Part shown: one piece after another, positions 1-12,344 of the stretch
How the letters are laid out: every line of letters starts with the position of its first letter
How positions within the stretch are numbered: position 1 is the first letter of the stretch
Origin: Oikopleura dioica
Lineage: Eukaryota; Animalia; Chordata
Length of the DNA: 64,000 nucleotides
Assembly (NCBI GenBank): GCA_907165135.1
Contig: OU015569.1
Location: 8,990,001-9,054,000 of the forward strand
Reading direction: 5' to 3'
Made by a program: the position numbers and the translations under genes
Notes under the pieces: model-generated
The model's database searches: none
What the model was told of the DNA's origin: nothing
The model's input: only the letters and a program-made list of their open reading frames with translations

Positions 1-3000
1 TCCAATGGCGCACTCTTGTCAGCGGCGTGGAATCCCTCGATCTCCGAGTTAATCACCATGGTCTACTCTTCCGGTGCTGTCGAAGTCCTCAAAGTGGAAG
101 ATACAGTCTCCGTTCATTCGTCTAGACCACCGATGAATGCTAAATGCGTAGCTTGGTCTCCAAAAGGCAAACAAATGGTGCTCGGCTTTGGTGACGGAAC
201 CTTGGCGCAATTCACTCCTACTATGGAAATCAAGAAGAAAGTCAATGCCTGCCCTTTGATAAATGGCAACGCAAAAGTGACTGATATTGTGTGGATTTCG
301 ACTTACAAATTCGGAGTCGCTTATGCTGATGACGCCAGCGACGCGGGTGCTAATTTGTTTACTGTTCACTTGCCAGAGAAAGGAGAAAAACGCGATCCGC
401 TGTGGCGATGCTTCGAAGATCCCACATTTGCCGCGGCGGCTAAACGAGATTCGCAGATGTATCTGCCTCTTATTGTTCCTTGGGGTATGTTTGCGGTCAC
501 AAACTCTAACTCTGGAGATTGCGCTCTGATGGGAACGAAGAATAGTGAGGTGCAGGTTTGGTCGCTTGCCGACGAAGCTAGAGCGGAGCTTCCTCTCAAC
601 GAAGACTCAGACGAGACAAGTTGCGTGATTGGTGCATGTTGGAACATGAACTTCAAGGATCCTCTGCAGATTCTTTCGAAGCAACAAAATGCTCCTTGTC
701 TCTGGGTTCTCTCAAATAGTGGAGTATTGGTAGCTTTCCGTCTTTATAACTTCCTGCCTAATTTTCCTGATCAAAAACAGCTTACTGACTCGATCCCTGG
801 CGGTGACAGAAAAACACTTGCAGTCGAGGAGGCAGTACCGCCAGCAAGAGTATCTCTTCCTCTTCAGAGAACATCATCAGTTGCTCAGCCGAATCTCGCA
901 AATAAATCCGCCTTTGGAAATAATACCACACTCTTCGCGCCACCTTTATCATCGACTCCAGCGATGGCTAAAATTGAGCAGAAAACAAAGCCAAGTCCGC
1001 GAAGTTTTTCAATCGTTAAGGAGCAGCCTTCGAGTGCAACTATTTCTGAGACAACTTCATCTTTTGGTATCCCTAAACCCGCTTCAACAAGGCAAGCGGA
1101 ACCAACAACAGCATCTGTGGTTACCAAACCATCTGTGATGCCCACTCCAAAGGAGCCTTCGAGTGTGTTTACTCAAGAAGATCTAGCTTCTCTTGTGAAT
1201 GATTTTGAAAGGGAAATGGATCTTTACAAGCTCGAAAACGCCAAAACAGATCTTTCTTTTTTCAACGAGGACGCGAAGAAAGAGCTCAAAACGAAAACAG
1301 ACCAACTGAAAAAGTTTGCCTCCGTCGCCAAAAGTAATTCTGAAGAAACTATCGACGAAGTTCAACATGTCAAACTTCGGTCATTAGAGGGATTTGCTTC
1401 TTATGAGGCCGCGCACGAAGCGAGTAAAAGAGGACATTCAAAGAAGAGAACAAGTATTGCAAATCTGGTAGAAGTGAACCTATTTACAAGAATTAACAAG
1501 AATTTAGTGTCACTATGCCCGCTTCTTGCGAAGAAAGTGGAGTCTATTCGCACAATGAAGCGGTACCTCAACAGCTCCGTCTATGAAGTCACTCAGATGC
1601 TGGACGAAAAAGTGACAGAGAACAAAGAAAATACGTCGTCTATGTCAGACTTTTATAAATGTATTGAAACGAACGAAAGATTGGTTCATTATCACTCGCG
1701 GAAGATGCAACAACTTAGTGCCCAATTGAATAAAGTTCGACTTTCTCGCCGATCTGCAGTAACTCCTCGAGGTTCGCCGATGAAGCAATCTTTCGTCGAG
1801 CAACTTTCGAACGAGAGCTGTAGCCAAGAGAAACTTGCTTCTTCACCGCGCAGTCAAATGCGCCCAGAACATGTCCAAAAGCTCAAGTCTCAACTCTCTG
1901 GGAGAAAGTCAATTCCTGTCCGTTCCAAATCTAAAGTAGATACTTCTACCATAATTGTGAACAGAAAACCACGAGCAGTAATCGAAAAGAGGTAAATTCC
2001 TTTACGTGATCATTTATTTTCCTATTTCAGCTCTTTCAACCGAGCTGAACAGGAACAGATCCCGAAGCTTCAATTGGAGCCTGAATCTGCACCATCTACT
2101 CCAGATATTCGCATTCAAAGAGATGGTAGTGCGAATGTGGTTAGCTACATGCCAGCGAAACCAAAAACGCCTCAGAGTTTTCCTACGAGTAGCGGACCTC
2201 CAAATGTAGAAGCGCCTAAAACCAGCTTCTTTGGTGCTTTTGGAGCTAAAGGCGGTGAAAACGAATCGAAGTATAACCTAAATAATCCGCCACAAGTTAT
2301 CAATGCATCTACTCTCCCGCAAGCAAAAGGCCCATCATTTGCGGGTGCATTTAGCCCTGCCCCACACGTTAACAAAGGAACGCAAGATGCCGTTCGTGCT
2401 GCACTAAACACGGTGAACAAAATCGCGTCAGAGCCATCATCTGTTTCGTCCAAGCTTCCTGAGAAAGAAAAGACACCTCATGTTTCTGCATTCTCTGTTC
2501 CACAGAAGGCACCAGCTGAAAAGCTGAAGCCAACCCTAGGTGGCATATTCACTCCACCAAGGACCAGTGAGAAAAAGCCGAGAAGAAGATTGAAGAGGCT
2601 CCAAAAACGAACATATTCGCAACAGCTAAAGAACCAACTTCCGTCACCACTTCGAAACCGAATTTGTTCGCTCCCAAGACATCTTCTTCAACTGCGCCCG
2701 CAAATGTGAACCCTTTTGGAGGAACTACAGCAAACGTCTTCGGCTCCTCGAAACCGGATACATCAAAATCGACGTTCACATTCAGGTGAGATTCTTTACA
2801 AGGGTAACGTTTATATAAAAATCTAAGAAATGTGGTTGTATCTTCTTCCTCGGAAAAAGATGTCTCTGATGGTGAGTCCGGCCATATCAGTGAAACTGAT
2901 GATGAATCTGCTGATGATCTCGAAGAAACGATCAAAGTTGCTAGCACCGAGACTGTTCCTAAACCTAATCTCTTTGCAAGTGCACCAAAAAGTGGCACAG

Positions 3001-5140
3001 GACTCTTTGGCTCAACTGCAACTGATCCCAAAGCAGCACCTACAAAACCAAGCATTTTCGGAGCAGTGACGCCAAAGGGGCCTTTCGGGGCATTATCTAA
3101 AGCTGGTGGCGTTGGAGCTTCCGGAGACCGATTTACTTTAGATGAATCTGCCTACGACACACCACCAAGAAGGCCATCAAAAGCAAAATCACCTAACGTT
3201 TCTGGAGTAAACATTTTCGCCGGAATTCAAAAAGAAGATACTGAAGCTGACGAAAAATCTACAACCGAAGTGACAGAGGAGTCGGCAGCATCAAAACCCC
3301 CAAGTGGACTTTCAACTACAGCAAAAACTGAAGAGAAAAAACCAGCCCCTTCTCTTTTCGGAAGCACTCCTTCAAAGCCAGCTGAGGACAAGGACGAAAA
3401 GAAAGAAACTGCTCCGCCCTCAGCCGAGAAACCAACAATCAAGAATTTGTTCGGTACTCCAGCTAAACAAGAAGAAAAACCAAAACCTGGCCTTTTTGGA
3501 TCTAGTACTTCTTCTGGGCTCTTTGGTTCAAAAAGTGACGACAGCAAGGCTAAGGAAGCAGGTTCAGCGACAGGTCTCTTTGGTTCCAAACCAGCAGAGG
3601 CTTCGTCCGGATCTAATTTATTTGGAAGTAAAACTGAGGAAACTAAACCTACCCCATTCGGATCAAAGGCGGAAACTTCGTCTAGTTCGAGTCTCTTTGG
3701 CTCAAAACCCGCTGAATCATCGTCTGGTACAGGTCTATTCGGTTCCACGAAGAAACCAGAGAGTAACTTGTTTGGAACACCCAAAGCAGCAGAGAAGACT
3801 GAATCCGGACTTTTTGGTTCATCAAAGCCAGCTGAAAAAAGCTCTGGATCTGGTCTATTTGGATCGTCAAAGCCTGAGTCATCCGGTGGACTTTTCGGCT
3901 CTAAACCATCCGAATCGTCAAATGTGTTTGGAACGCCAGCGAAATCGGAAGCAAACTCTGGTGGAGGATTGTTCGGATCAAAGCCAGCGGAATCAAGTAG
4001 CGGTCTTTTTGGCTCTTCAACGCCACAGTCTACTAGCGGCTTTGGGAACTCTGGAGGAGGAGGCGGAGGATTGTTCGGTTCTTCGAGTACAACATCTAAC
4101 TCAGGAGGCCTATTTGGTTCAAGCAATTCAAACACGAACTCATCTGGCGGCATCTTTGGAAGCTCCAACAACGACAATAATTCGGGAGGCGGTGTTTTCG
4201 GATCTGGTGGCGGCTTTAGCGGACTCGGATCAAAACCAGATCCAGAGAAGGCAAAACAAAATCCGTTCGGAAGTAGTAGCTTTGGCAATAACTCTAGTTC
4301 AACGAATGTACGTAATGCAGATATCAATTTATATTAACGCCCAAACGCATGGCGACCAATTAATTGGTACAGCGCCCTTTAATTCCATTTCGACACATTT
4401 GGTAATTTGCATATTTACTCATATTTATGTTATGATATGGGTATAATATAGGAATAAAATTGAAGCTGAGCGTCTGAGAATTATTTATGTATATCATTTA
4501 TAAAGTCAACTAATTAGTTTCATTGCCAAAAAGGGGTAAAAAGGGCATACCAATTAATTGGTACGACCTGCGTTCGACGTTGAAAAAATTTTATGCGTTC
4601 CGGCGTTAACTAAAACTTGTAAGAATTCGAACTTGTTTGGAAACGCGCCTGCAAACCCATTCGGCTCCTCGACGTCTAGTAATCAACACTCATCTTCCGG
4701 TCCTTTTTCTGGAGGAAGCGGGGCAACTAGTCCTTTCTCGGGTTCAGGTGGAGGTATCAAAGTTTTGAATATACATCAGAGATGAAGTTTATTTAGGTTC
4801 AAGTGGCGGATTTGGAAGCAGCGCCTTCGGTAGCAGCGGGGGTAATGCCTTTGGCTCCACTGCATTCGGTGGCGGCGGCAGCTCAGCTTTCGGTTCATCC
4901 GCTTTTGGTAGTAGTAACCAGCAAAGCAGCTCATTTGGTTCTGGCAACAATTCTGGCGGTGTTTTCGGAGGCGGCTCGGGAGGTGGCGCTGGTGGATTTG
5001 GTGGCTTTGGCGGAAGCAACTCGAGTGGTGGATTCGGCGCAAAGACATCTGGCGGTGGAGGCTTCGGAAGTTTCGGTGGCGGAAATAACCAGCAACAGAA
5101 CAATGCATTTTCCGGAAGTGGATTTTCCGGCTTTAGATAA
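1..5140 (+). CDS. NUP214: Nucleoporin Nup214/CAN-like (5' part lies outside the window; multi-exon)
   Basis: N-terminal beta-propeller-type sequence (CVAWSPKGKQMVLG), central coiled-coil, long C-terminal SLFG/GLFG/FG repeat region ending GFSGFR-TAA at 5138-5140. Short GT-AG introns; one apparent indel frameshift near 2570-2590. Confidence 0.88.
4334..4609. mobile_element. MITE-like element in a NUP214 intron, TTAA at both ends
   Basis: TTAACGCCCAAACGCAT (4334-4350) vs ATGCGTTCCGGCGTTAA (4593-4609) match 15/17 as inverted repeats. The subterminal palindrome ACCAATTAATTGGT occurs near both ends. The element fills most of the unusually long intron 4308-4623. Confidence 0.6.
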
Positions 5141-5265
5141 ATATTTTACTGACTCAGTATCACGACTACTCACTGCGATTTATATTTTTTTTCGAATTCT
5201 GTGTGCAGATTGAAACATGTTAGCAAATTATCAGGCCGTTTTGATTAGAAAAGTGACTTTGTAGA

Positions 5266-7203
5266 ATGACGAGCGAAATCGCATCTATGCTCGATGAGCT
5301 TATGGGCCGGAACCGAAATGATACTACCGGCAAAGCTACTGCTAAACGTATGCTCACACCTTAAACTGCTTATTTCTTACGTTCGAATTCAGTGGAAGTA
5401 AATGATCCGGATGTCTGTCAGTTCTATTTGTGCGGATTTTGCCCAAACGAATTGTTTGTTAATACCAAAGCTGATCTTGGTCCTTGCAAAAAGATCCACG
5501 ACGAAAACCTGCGTCGCGAATACCAGGTTGACTTCAAGCCCTGGCTCCTTTTTACTATATTCTAGGCCTCGGACAACGTCTTCAAAATGGGCTTCGAAGA
5601 AAAGTTCTTCGATTTCTTGCAAGAGTGCATGATTGAGGTAGAACGGAAAATAAAGCGAAATAAGCAACGCCTAGATCAAAATCAAGATGAGGATGCGCCA
5701 ATTAATGCCGTAAGTAGTCCTGGGAACGATTATCTCTCCAGTTAACTGACTCGCTCTATCTCTCTCGCTCGTCCTCAACTTAGGTATTATGTCAAATTGC
5801 TTAAAAATTCTAATTCTAAATCTTCGTATTCGCTTGATTTCGTTTTTGTCTCAATACGAAAAGTAACGATGAATGTGAACGTGAATTTAAGAGGTATGAA
5901 TCTTTCATCGTAGTTTTCGAAGGGTTCCTGGGCCTAAGTAGGGAATCTCTTCTTTATCCTTCGAGGAGATTTCTCTCTGCCCTTGCCACCCATTTCCATT
6001 GAATTTACAGGTATACAGTCAGGGTGAACCATTTGATGGAGCAGTCTCATTCCCCATGGTCTCTATTTTTCAGGAAACTGCCGAACATGCGAACAAGCTT
6101 TCGCTGCTGTCAATTGAAATCACAAACTTGCTCGTCGAGGTGGAGCGTCTCGGTGAACTTGGAGAAGTGCAGCAAGCAATGGCCAAAACCGAAGAAGTTG
6201 AAAAGTTGAAGGAAAGAATTATTTCATAGTCTTCCAGTCTATGAACTATATTGAAACGCTCATTGTATATTAACCATACTAAATGTGAACTTCGTGAAAC
6301 GGCTTATTAGGAGGAGCGCGAACGAATCCGACTTGCGACGAAAGTGAATGCGAACCCAGACCAAGCATATCACGGCCAACAAGAGAAGCAAATGGAAGTC
6401 TGCGAGATTTGCGGCAGCTTCCTAATTGTTGGCGATGTAAAGGCACCTAGAGAGGAGGGGCTTGATTGATGACAATGTTTCTTTTAGTCGAGAGTGGACG
6501 ACCACCTGACGGGAAAACAGCACATGGGGTACGCGCGAATCAAGGCGAAAATGAACGAGCTGAAAGAAATCTTCGACAAGAAACGCGGCGAAAGAGGAGA
6601 TCGAAGCTCCCCAAACAGGACGAGCGAACGGTTAGTTCGAAAAACCAAATGCAAGAGTTATAAAATGCATTTTAGCCGTGACGACCGGGAACGAAGAGTG
6701 TCGCGTGAACGATCTCCTCGACGTGAACCTCGTCGTGATGAACGACGATACTCGAGGGACGACCGGCGACGTCGTAGCCGAGAAAGAGACGATCGGAGGC
6801 GACGAGACGATCGAGACAGACGAGATCGAAGACGTCGGTAAGTAAATGTTAAAGCTGCTTTAGGGAGCGGCGAAACACGTTTACGATCAACAATTTGATT
6901 ATCAGCTTCAATGTAACTGATTTTTATTTCAGATCCAGGTCACGATCAGGTCATCGCGACGATAGACGAAAGCCCGGCCGTTGTAAGTAGTTGCATCGAG
7001 CGAATAGAATGCAAGTCCTGCAGACGGAGTCACCAGCAGTAAACTTATCTTTACGAATAGAAGCTCTTGACCGCTTCCCCAGGGCAGGTGCTTAGAGTCA
7101 ACCGTTACATAACGAGCTCAGTTGTTACGTAACATGCATTCTCTCATGCTTTCTCGGCAGTGGGACTAAAAATCTAAAACTCGTTTAAGATCAGCGACGA
7201 TAG
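5266..7203 (+). CDS. LUC7L3: LUC7-like 3 (CROP) U1 snRNP-associated splicing factor
   Basis: Spliced translation MTSEIASMLDELMGRNRN...VCQFYLCGFCPNELFVNTKADLGPCKKIHDE (ZnF1), MEVCEICGSFLIVGDVKSRVDDHLTGKQHMGY (ZnF2) and an RS/RD-rich tail; ATG preceded by tttgtag. Confidence 0.92.
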
Positions 7204-7932
7204 AAGAAGAGATTTGCCGAAATCCTGACAAGAAGAAAATCTTTCAAAGAGCAGCCTTCCCTTTATTTCCTGAATATAACAACTCTAGTTTGTACAAGCT
7301 GCTGCCAAGTTAGTACCCGCTGTCTTAAACTTAATGAAAGCATAAATATCGTCACCTATTTACGCTCCTCGCAAAACTTTTCTACCAATTTTATAAAAAA
7401 AAGTGCAATATAGAAGGAGTCTAAAATTCAGACTTTAAATGCGGTACAAATTTTCAAATAAGAATTTTCCCACTTCTCCTATTATTCTTTGCTACTCATT
7501 ATTCATTAAATCGTATCAGCTGACGATATTTAACTGGCATTAATTCGGGGTTAGTAAGATATAGTTTTATTTGGACGTTCTATTATTTCCCTTTTTTGAA
7601 AACTGCCGACATGCTTCGAGGCACTTGAAAGAAATCAACGCAAATTTTGAGTTTTTGTGTTTGAAAATAATTTTAAGTTTCTGACCTCATTTAAACACAA
7701 ATCAAAGCGTTCTGATTACTGAATATTTTACTCAATTTTTAAACCGAGGGTAACTATAGATTTATTACTCAGACTTTCTTACAGGGATATGATTATTTTC
7801 GTCTTTTTTGAGAGAGCGCAATTGCTTGAATGATTTTTCTTTATCGTTTTTTCTCACTCCTCGAATTCATAAAAATGGATATTTTTCAAATAAAAATCAT
7901 ACATGTTATTGAAGGTATTATATGTCTCTAGA

Positions 7933-8482
7933 ATGTCAACGGAATTATCTTTTGATGACTTTAAAAATAAAACTCTATCATCGGACATTTTGTTTATCGA
8001 TGTTCGGAGCGTTGAGGAGGTCGCAGATGGCCACATAAAGGCAGCTTACTGGGCACATATTCCTAGGTCTGAGATAGAAACCGCGTTCAGTCTTACTGAG
8101 GCAGATTTCGAGGTATTCGGATACAGATCGAATAATTTTTCTCGGCTTTCATTTGATTCTTGATTGATTTGCCGTATTCATGTGATTGAGAATTTTTACG
8201 CGGTCATGAGCCCCCTTTAGGCAAAGTACAACGTAGCGATGCCCAAAAAGCAGACTGAAATCTGGACCAACTGCAAGTCAGGATCCGACACAGGCTTGGA
8301 TCAATACGGCAAACCAGTTTGTCCTGGTTTATATTACTCGACAATCATCAAAGATATTTTTGCTAATTGACCAAGCCAACCGAGGAAGGAGTGCTCAATC
8401 GCGAGATATTCTGAATCGGCTGGGATTCGAAAACGCCAATATGCTGAAAGGAGGCTATTTGAAATACGGGAAGGCCCAGTAA
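7933..8482 (+). CDS. Single-domain rhodanese/TSTD-like protein (last exon junction uncertain)
   Basis: LFIDVRSVEEVADGHIK...HIP motif, active-site NCKS, and a downstream exon GRSAQSRDILNRLGFENANMLKGGYLKY typical of the rhodanese C-terminus. Confidence 0.75.
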
Positions 8483-8620
8483 GGCGGCTTTTGATGCAAA
8501 GATTTTCATTATGATTCATGTTTTTGACGCTGATAACACTGTAGGCTGCTTTTGATTGAGCGAGCCATTGATTTTTCATCTACTGACTGCTACGAAAACT
8601 AACAGCATTTGCAATTTAGA

Positions 8621-11600
8621 ATGGCGACTCCATTAACAGACGCGGACAAGCGTAAGCAGATCTCAGTCCGCGGAGTTGCCCCTCTTGAGGGCGTCGATGA
8701 CATTAAAGAAGCCTTCAATCGGCATCTCCACTTCACTCTTGTCAAGGACAGAAATGTCGCTACATCTGACGACTTCTACAGTGCTCTCGCTCACACTGTC
8801 AAAGATAACATGGTCGGTCGCTGGATCAGAACGCAGCAGTACTACTATGAGAAAGACCCCAAACGCGTGTACTATCTCTCTCTTGAATTCTACATGGGCA
8901 GAACGCTTACGAATACAATGGTTAATTTGGGAATTCAAGAACAGTGTGATGAAGCCATGTACCAACTCGGCCTTAATATTGAAGAGCTTGAGGAGCAGGT
9001 AATTGCAATTTTCTTTTATCATAAAATAACACTTCAAAATAAAGGAAGAAGACGCCGGTCTCGGAAACGGCGGATTAGGTCGACTTGCTGCCTGCTTCCT
9101 TGACTCGATGGCCACGCTCGGATTAGCGGCGTATGGCTACGGAATTAGATATGAGTACGGTATTTTCAACCAGCGCATCCACGATGGCTGGCAGACTGAA
9201 GAACCGGATGACTGGCTTCGAAACGGATGTGTCTGGGAGCGCGCTCGGCCAGAGTACGCTGTCGCCGTGCACTTTTTCGGTTCTGTGCAGAACGAAAATG
9301 GAGACTGGCAAAAGCCATCCAAGTGGAGAAACACGCAAGCTGTCATTGCCCTTCCATATGACACGCCTACTCCTGGGTATGGAAACAATGTCGTTAACAC
9401 GATGCGTCTTTGGTCTGCTCGTGCTACGAGGGGATTTAATCTGAATCTTTTCAATACCGGAGACTACATTCAATGTTCGTAAATCATTCGTTATCGTCTT
9501 CTTTAATTAAGTAAAATTCTAGCTGTTTTCGACAGAAATATCGCTGAAAATATCTCCAAGGTTCTCTATCCAAATGACAATTTCTTCGAAGGAAAAGAAC
9601 TTCGTCTCAAGCAAGAGTATTTCGTTGTCTGTGCTACGCTTCAGGACATTGTCAGGCGATACAAGAGCTCAAAGTTCGGATGCAGAGATTCTGTCAGAAC
9701 TCAGGTATTCTTTTCTAATCGTTCAGGGGCCTAATCATTTTTAGTTCGATCAATTCCACGAGAAGGTAGCTATTCAGCTTAACGATACTCATCCAGCGCT
9801 GGCTATTCCTGAATTGATTCGTCTCCTCGTTGATGTAGAGGAAGTACCATTTGATCAAGCATTTGAAATCACGAAAAAGACCTGTGCGTACACGAACCAT
9901 ACCGTTTTACCTGAAGCTCTCGAGCGATGGCCAGTAAAGATGCTCGAGAATATGCTTCCTCGTCATTTGCAGATCATTTATCTGATCAACGCCCGTCATT
10001 TGAAGGATGTCGCAAAGGGTGAGTACATTTTTATCCAGTATTGTCTCTAATACAGTGAATAAGTCTTCCCAAATGACTCATCGAAGCTTCGGGAGATGTC
10101 TCTGATCGAAGAGGACGGAGAAAAGCGAGTGAACATGGCATACCTCGCGATCGTTTGCTCACGCCGTCAATGGCGTTGCCGCCATCCACTCCCAGATCAT
10201 CATCGACGATACCTTCAAAAACTTCTACGAGATGTCTTGCCGACTTGGTAATAAAGCTATGGACGTGCAAAGATGAACATTTTTAGGGGAAACAAACAAG
10301 TGGCAAAACAAAACGAACGGTATTACACCACGACGATGGCTTCTCCTGTGTAACCCATCTTTGGCTCAAGCGATTACCGATAAAATCGGTGATGATTGGC
10401 ACCTTGACCTGACGAAACTCCGACAGCTAGAAGAATTCGCTTCGGACAAATCATTCATTCGCCAGATTGCCCAAATCAAGCAAGAGAACAAAGGTGAGTA
10501 TCTTTTCTTTCTACTTTCTCTCAGAGTGAGTTTAGAGCGATTGGCAACCTGGCTTTCTCAATCGCAGGGTGTCAAGATCGACTCCAAAGCAATGTTTGAC
10601 ATCCACGTCAAACGAATCCACGAGTACAAGCGTCAGCTCCTGAACGCTCTTCACATGGTTCATCTGTACAACGAGATCAAGAACAACCCGGAGTAAGTCT
10701 TTTGAGCAAAGAGCTCTTTAAGTAATACTTATCCCCAACTTATAGCAAAGAATTTACTCCACGAGTCATCATGGTCGGTGGAAAAGCGGCTCCTGGTTAT
10801 CACACTGCAAAGAAGATCATCAAACTTATCAATTCCATTGCTGACATTGTTAACAATGACCCCCTCGTAGGCGATCGACTCAAAATCGTTTACATCAACA
10901 ATTACCGAGTATCCACTGCTGAAAAGGTACTCTTTTAGATCTTATTTGTATTTGCAAGCATTTTCCTAGGTTACCCCTGCTTGCGATCTCTCCGAGCAGA
11001 TCTCAACAGCAGGAACAGAAGCGTCCGGAACCGGTAACATGAAATTCATGTTGAATGGTGCCTTAACCATTGGTACACTTGATGGTGCAAATGTAGAGAT
11101 GTCTGAAGAAATGGGCGGCAAAAATATCTTCATTTTCGGAATGAAAGTTGAAGATGTCGAAGCTCTTGATAAGAAAGGATACAACCCACAGGTAAATCAT
11201 GGTTCATTGAGTCGTCATCCTCACCTTCCTTTAGGATTTCTACAACGCCTCAGCTAACCTGCGACGTGCTCTCGATCAAATAAGAGCTGGACTCTTCAGC
11301 CCTAAGCAGCCAGATCTCTTCTCTGGTTTCGTCGACGATCTACTCAAGTGGGATAGATTCAAAGTCTGTGCCGACTTTGACGCCTACATCGCCAAGCAGG
11401 AAGAAGTCTCCGAGCTTTACAAGGTTCACTAATTTCAGCTTGATTGTTTCACTTATTTTCCATAGGACGAGGATGAATGGACCCGTCAGTGTATAATGAA
11501 TGTAGCTGCCGCTGGAAAGTTCTCATCTGATCGAACAATTCACGATTATGCCACTGAGATTTGGGGATGTGAGCCATCTCCAGGCCAGCGCATTCCTGGC

Positions 11601-11633
11601 CCAGCAGATGCTCATCCTGGTACCGAAGAATAA
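8621..11633 (+). CDS. PYG: Glycogen phosphorylase
   Basis: KRKQISVRG (phospho-Ser14 motif), [55 protein letters not shown] (PLP lysine), FSSDRTI; one apparent 2-nt loss near 10161. Confidence 0.97.
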
Positions 11634-12344
11634 ATCCCTCTAGCTTCTCTCTAGTTAAATTCAAATGCTCATAAAAACGACAATAAGCTAAATACGCATA
11701 GTATACTCAATCTTTTATTATACTATGTTTGACCACTAGACGCTTCACTCTTTCTCGCCTAGTTAAAACAGTTCACTTCCTGTTTCACTTTCTGTTATGT
11801 AAAATAAATGAACGGCAAACTCCATGAAATTCTCACCACTGAACTTCATCTCCTCTTTCTAACTATTGATCTATATTTCCAAAATAAAAATACTCCTACA
11901 CCTTCTTTTCTTTATTGCAGCTATGTGAAAAAGCATTATCACTGAGTTAATTAAATGGTTCCACGCAGAGCGAGTTCTGATTTGAGTTAACAACTAAAAT
12001 GTTTCTACTGAGCCCTACTTTAATTACTACTAACTCGAAAGCCGCTTTGTGTGGATACGTCATTTGCGAAGCAGGTCTTCCTCGTATTCATTTCTACTTT
12101 CGTAATATTTTCAATTTACCCGTGTACTATCTATGTCAAAAACTACTCTGACGCCTTCTACTTGTCCCAACTGGTGATATTATACTAACTAATCGAAATT
12201 GCCAAAACTTCTTATTTTCTGTAATGCATGCGTTAAATATCAACTTCATTTAAACACACCAATTAGCAAATTGCTCTCAAATAATATTTAACACATATTG
12301 GAATTAAGTTTGATTAGAGTGAGGATTCGAAATTGTCATCCAAC

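Noticed and set aside
2560-2600. Frameshift in NUP214 as programmed frameshifting or pseudogenisation
   Set aside because: It lies in an A/G-rich run of an otherwise intact essential gene, and homopolymer-type indels elsewhere suggest consensus error.
3227-4446. Long antisense and alternative-frame ORFs over NUP214 (similar ones over MVP and DDX3)
   Set aside because: Shadow ORFs caused by low-complexity or biased codon usage in the real genes.
10150-10170. Frameshift in glycogen phosphorylase
   Set aside because: Restoring two bases of a CA repeat recovers the conserved CSHAVNG, so this is most likely a sequencing error.
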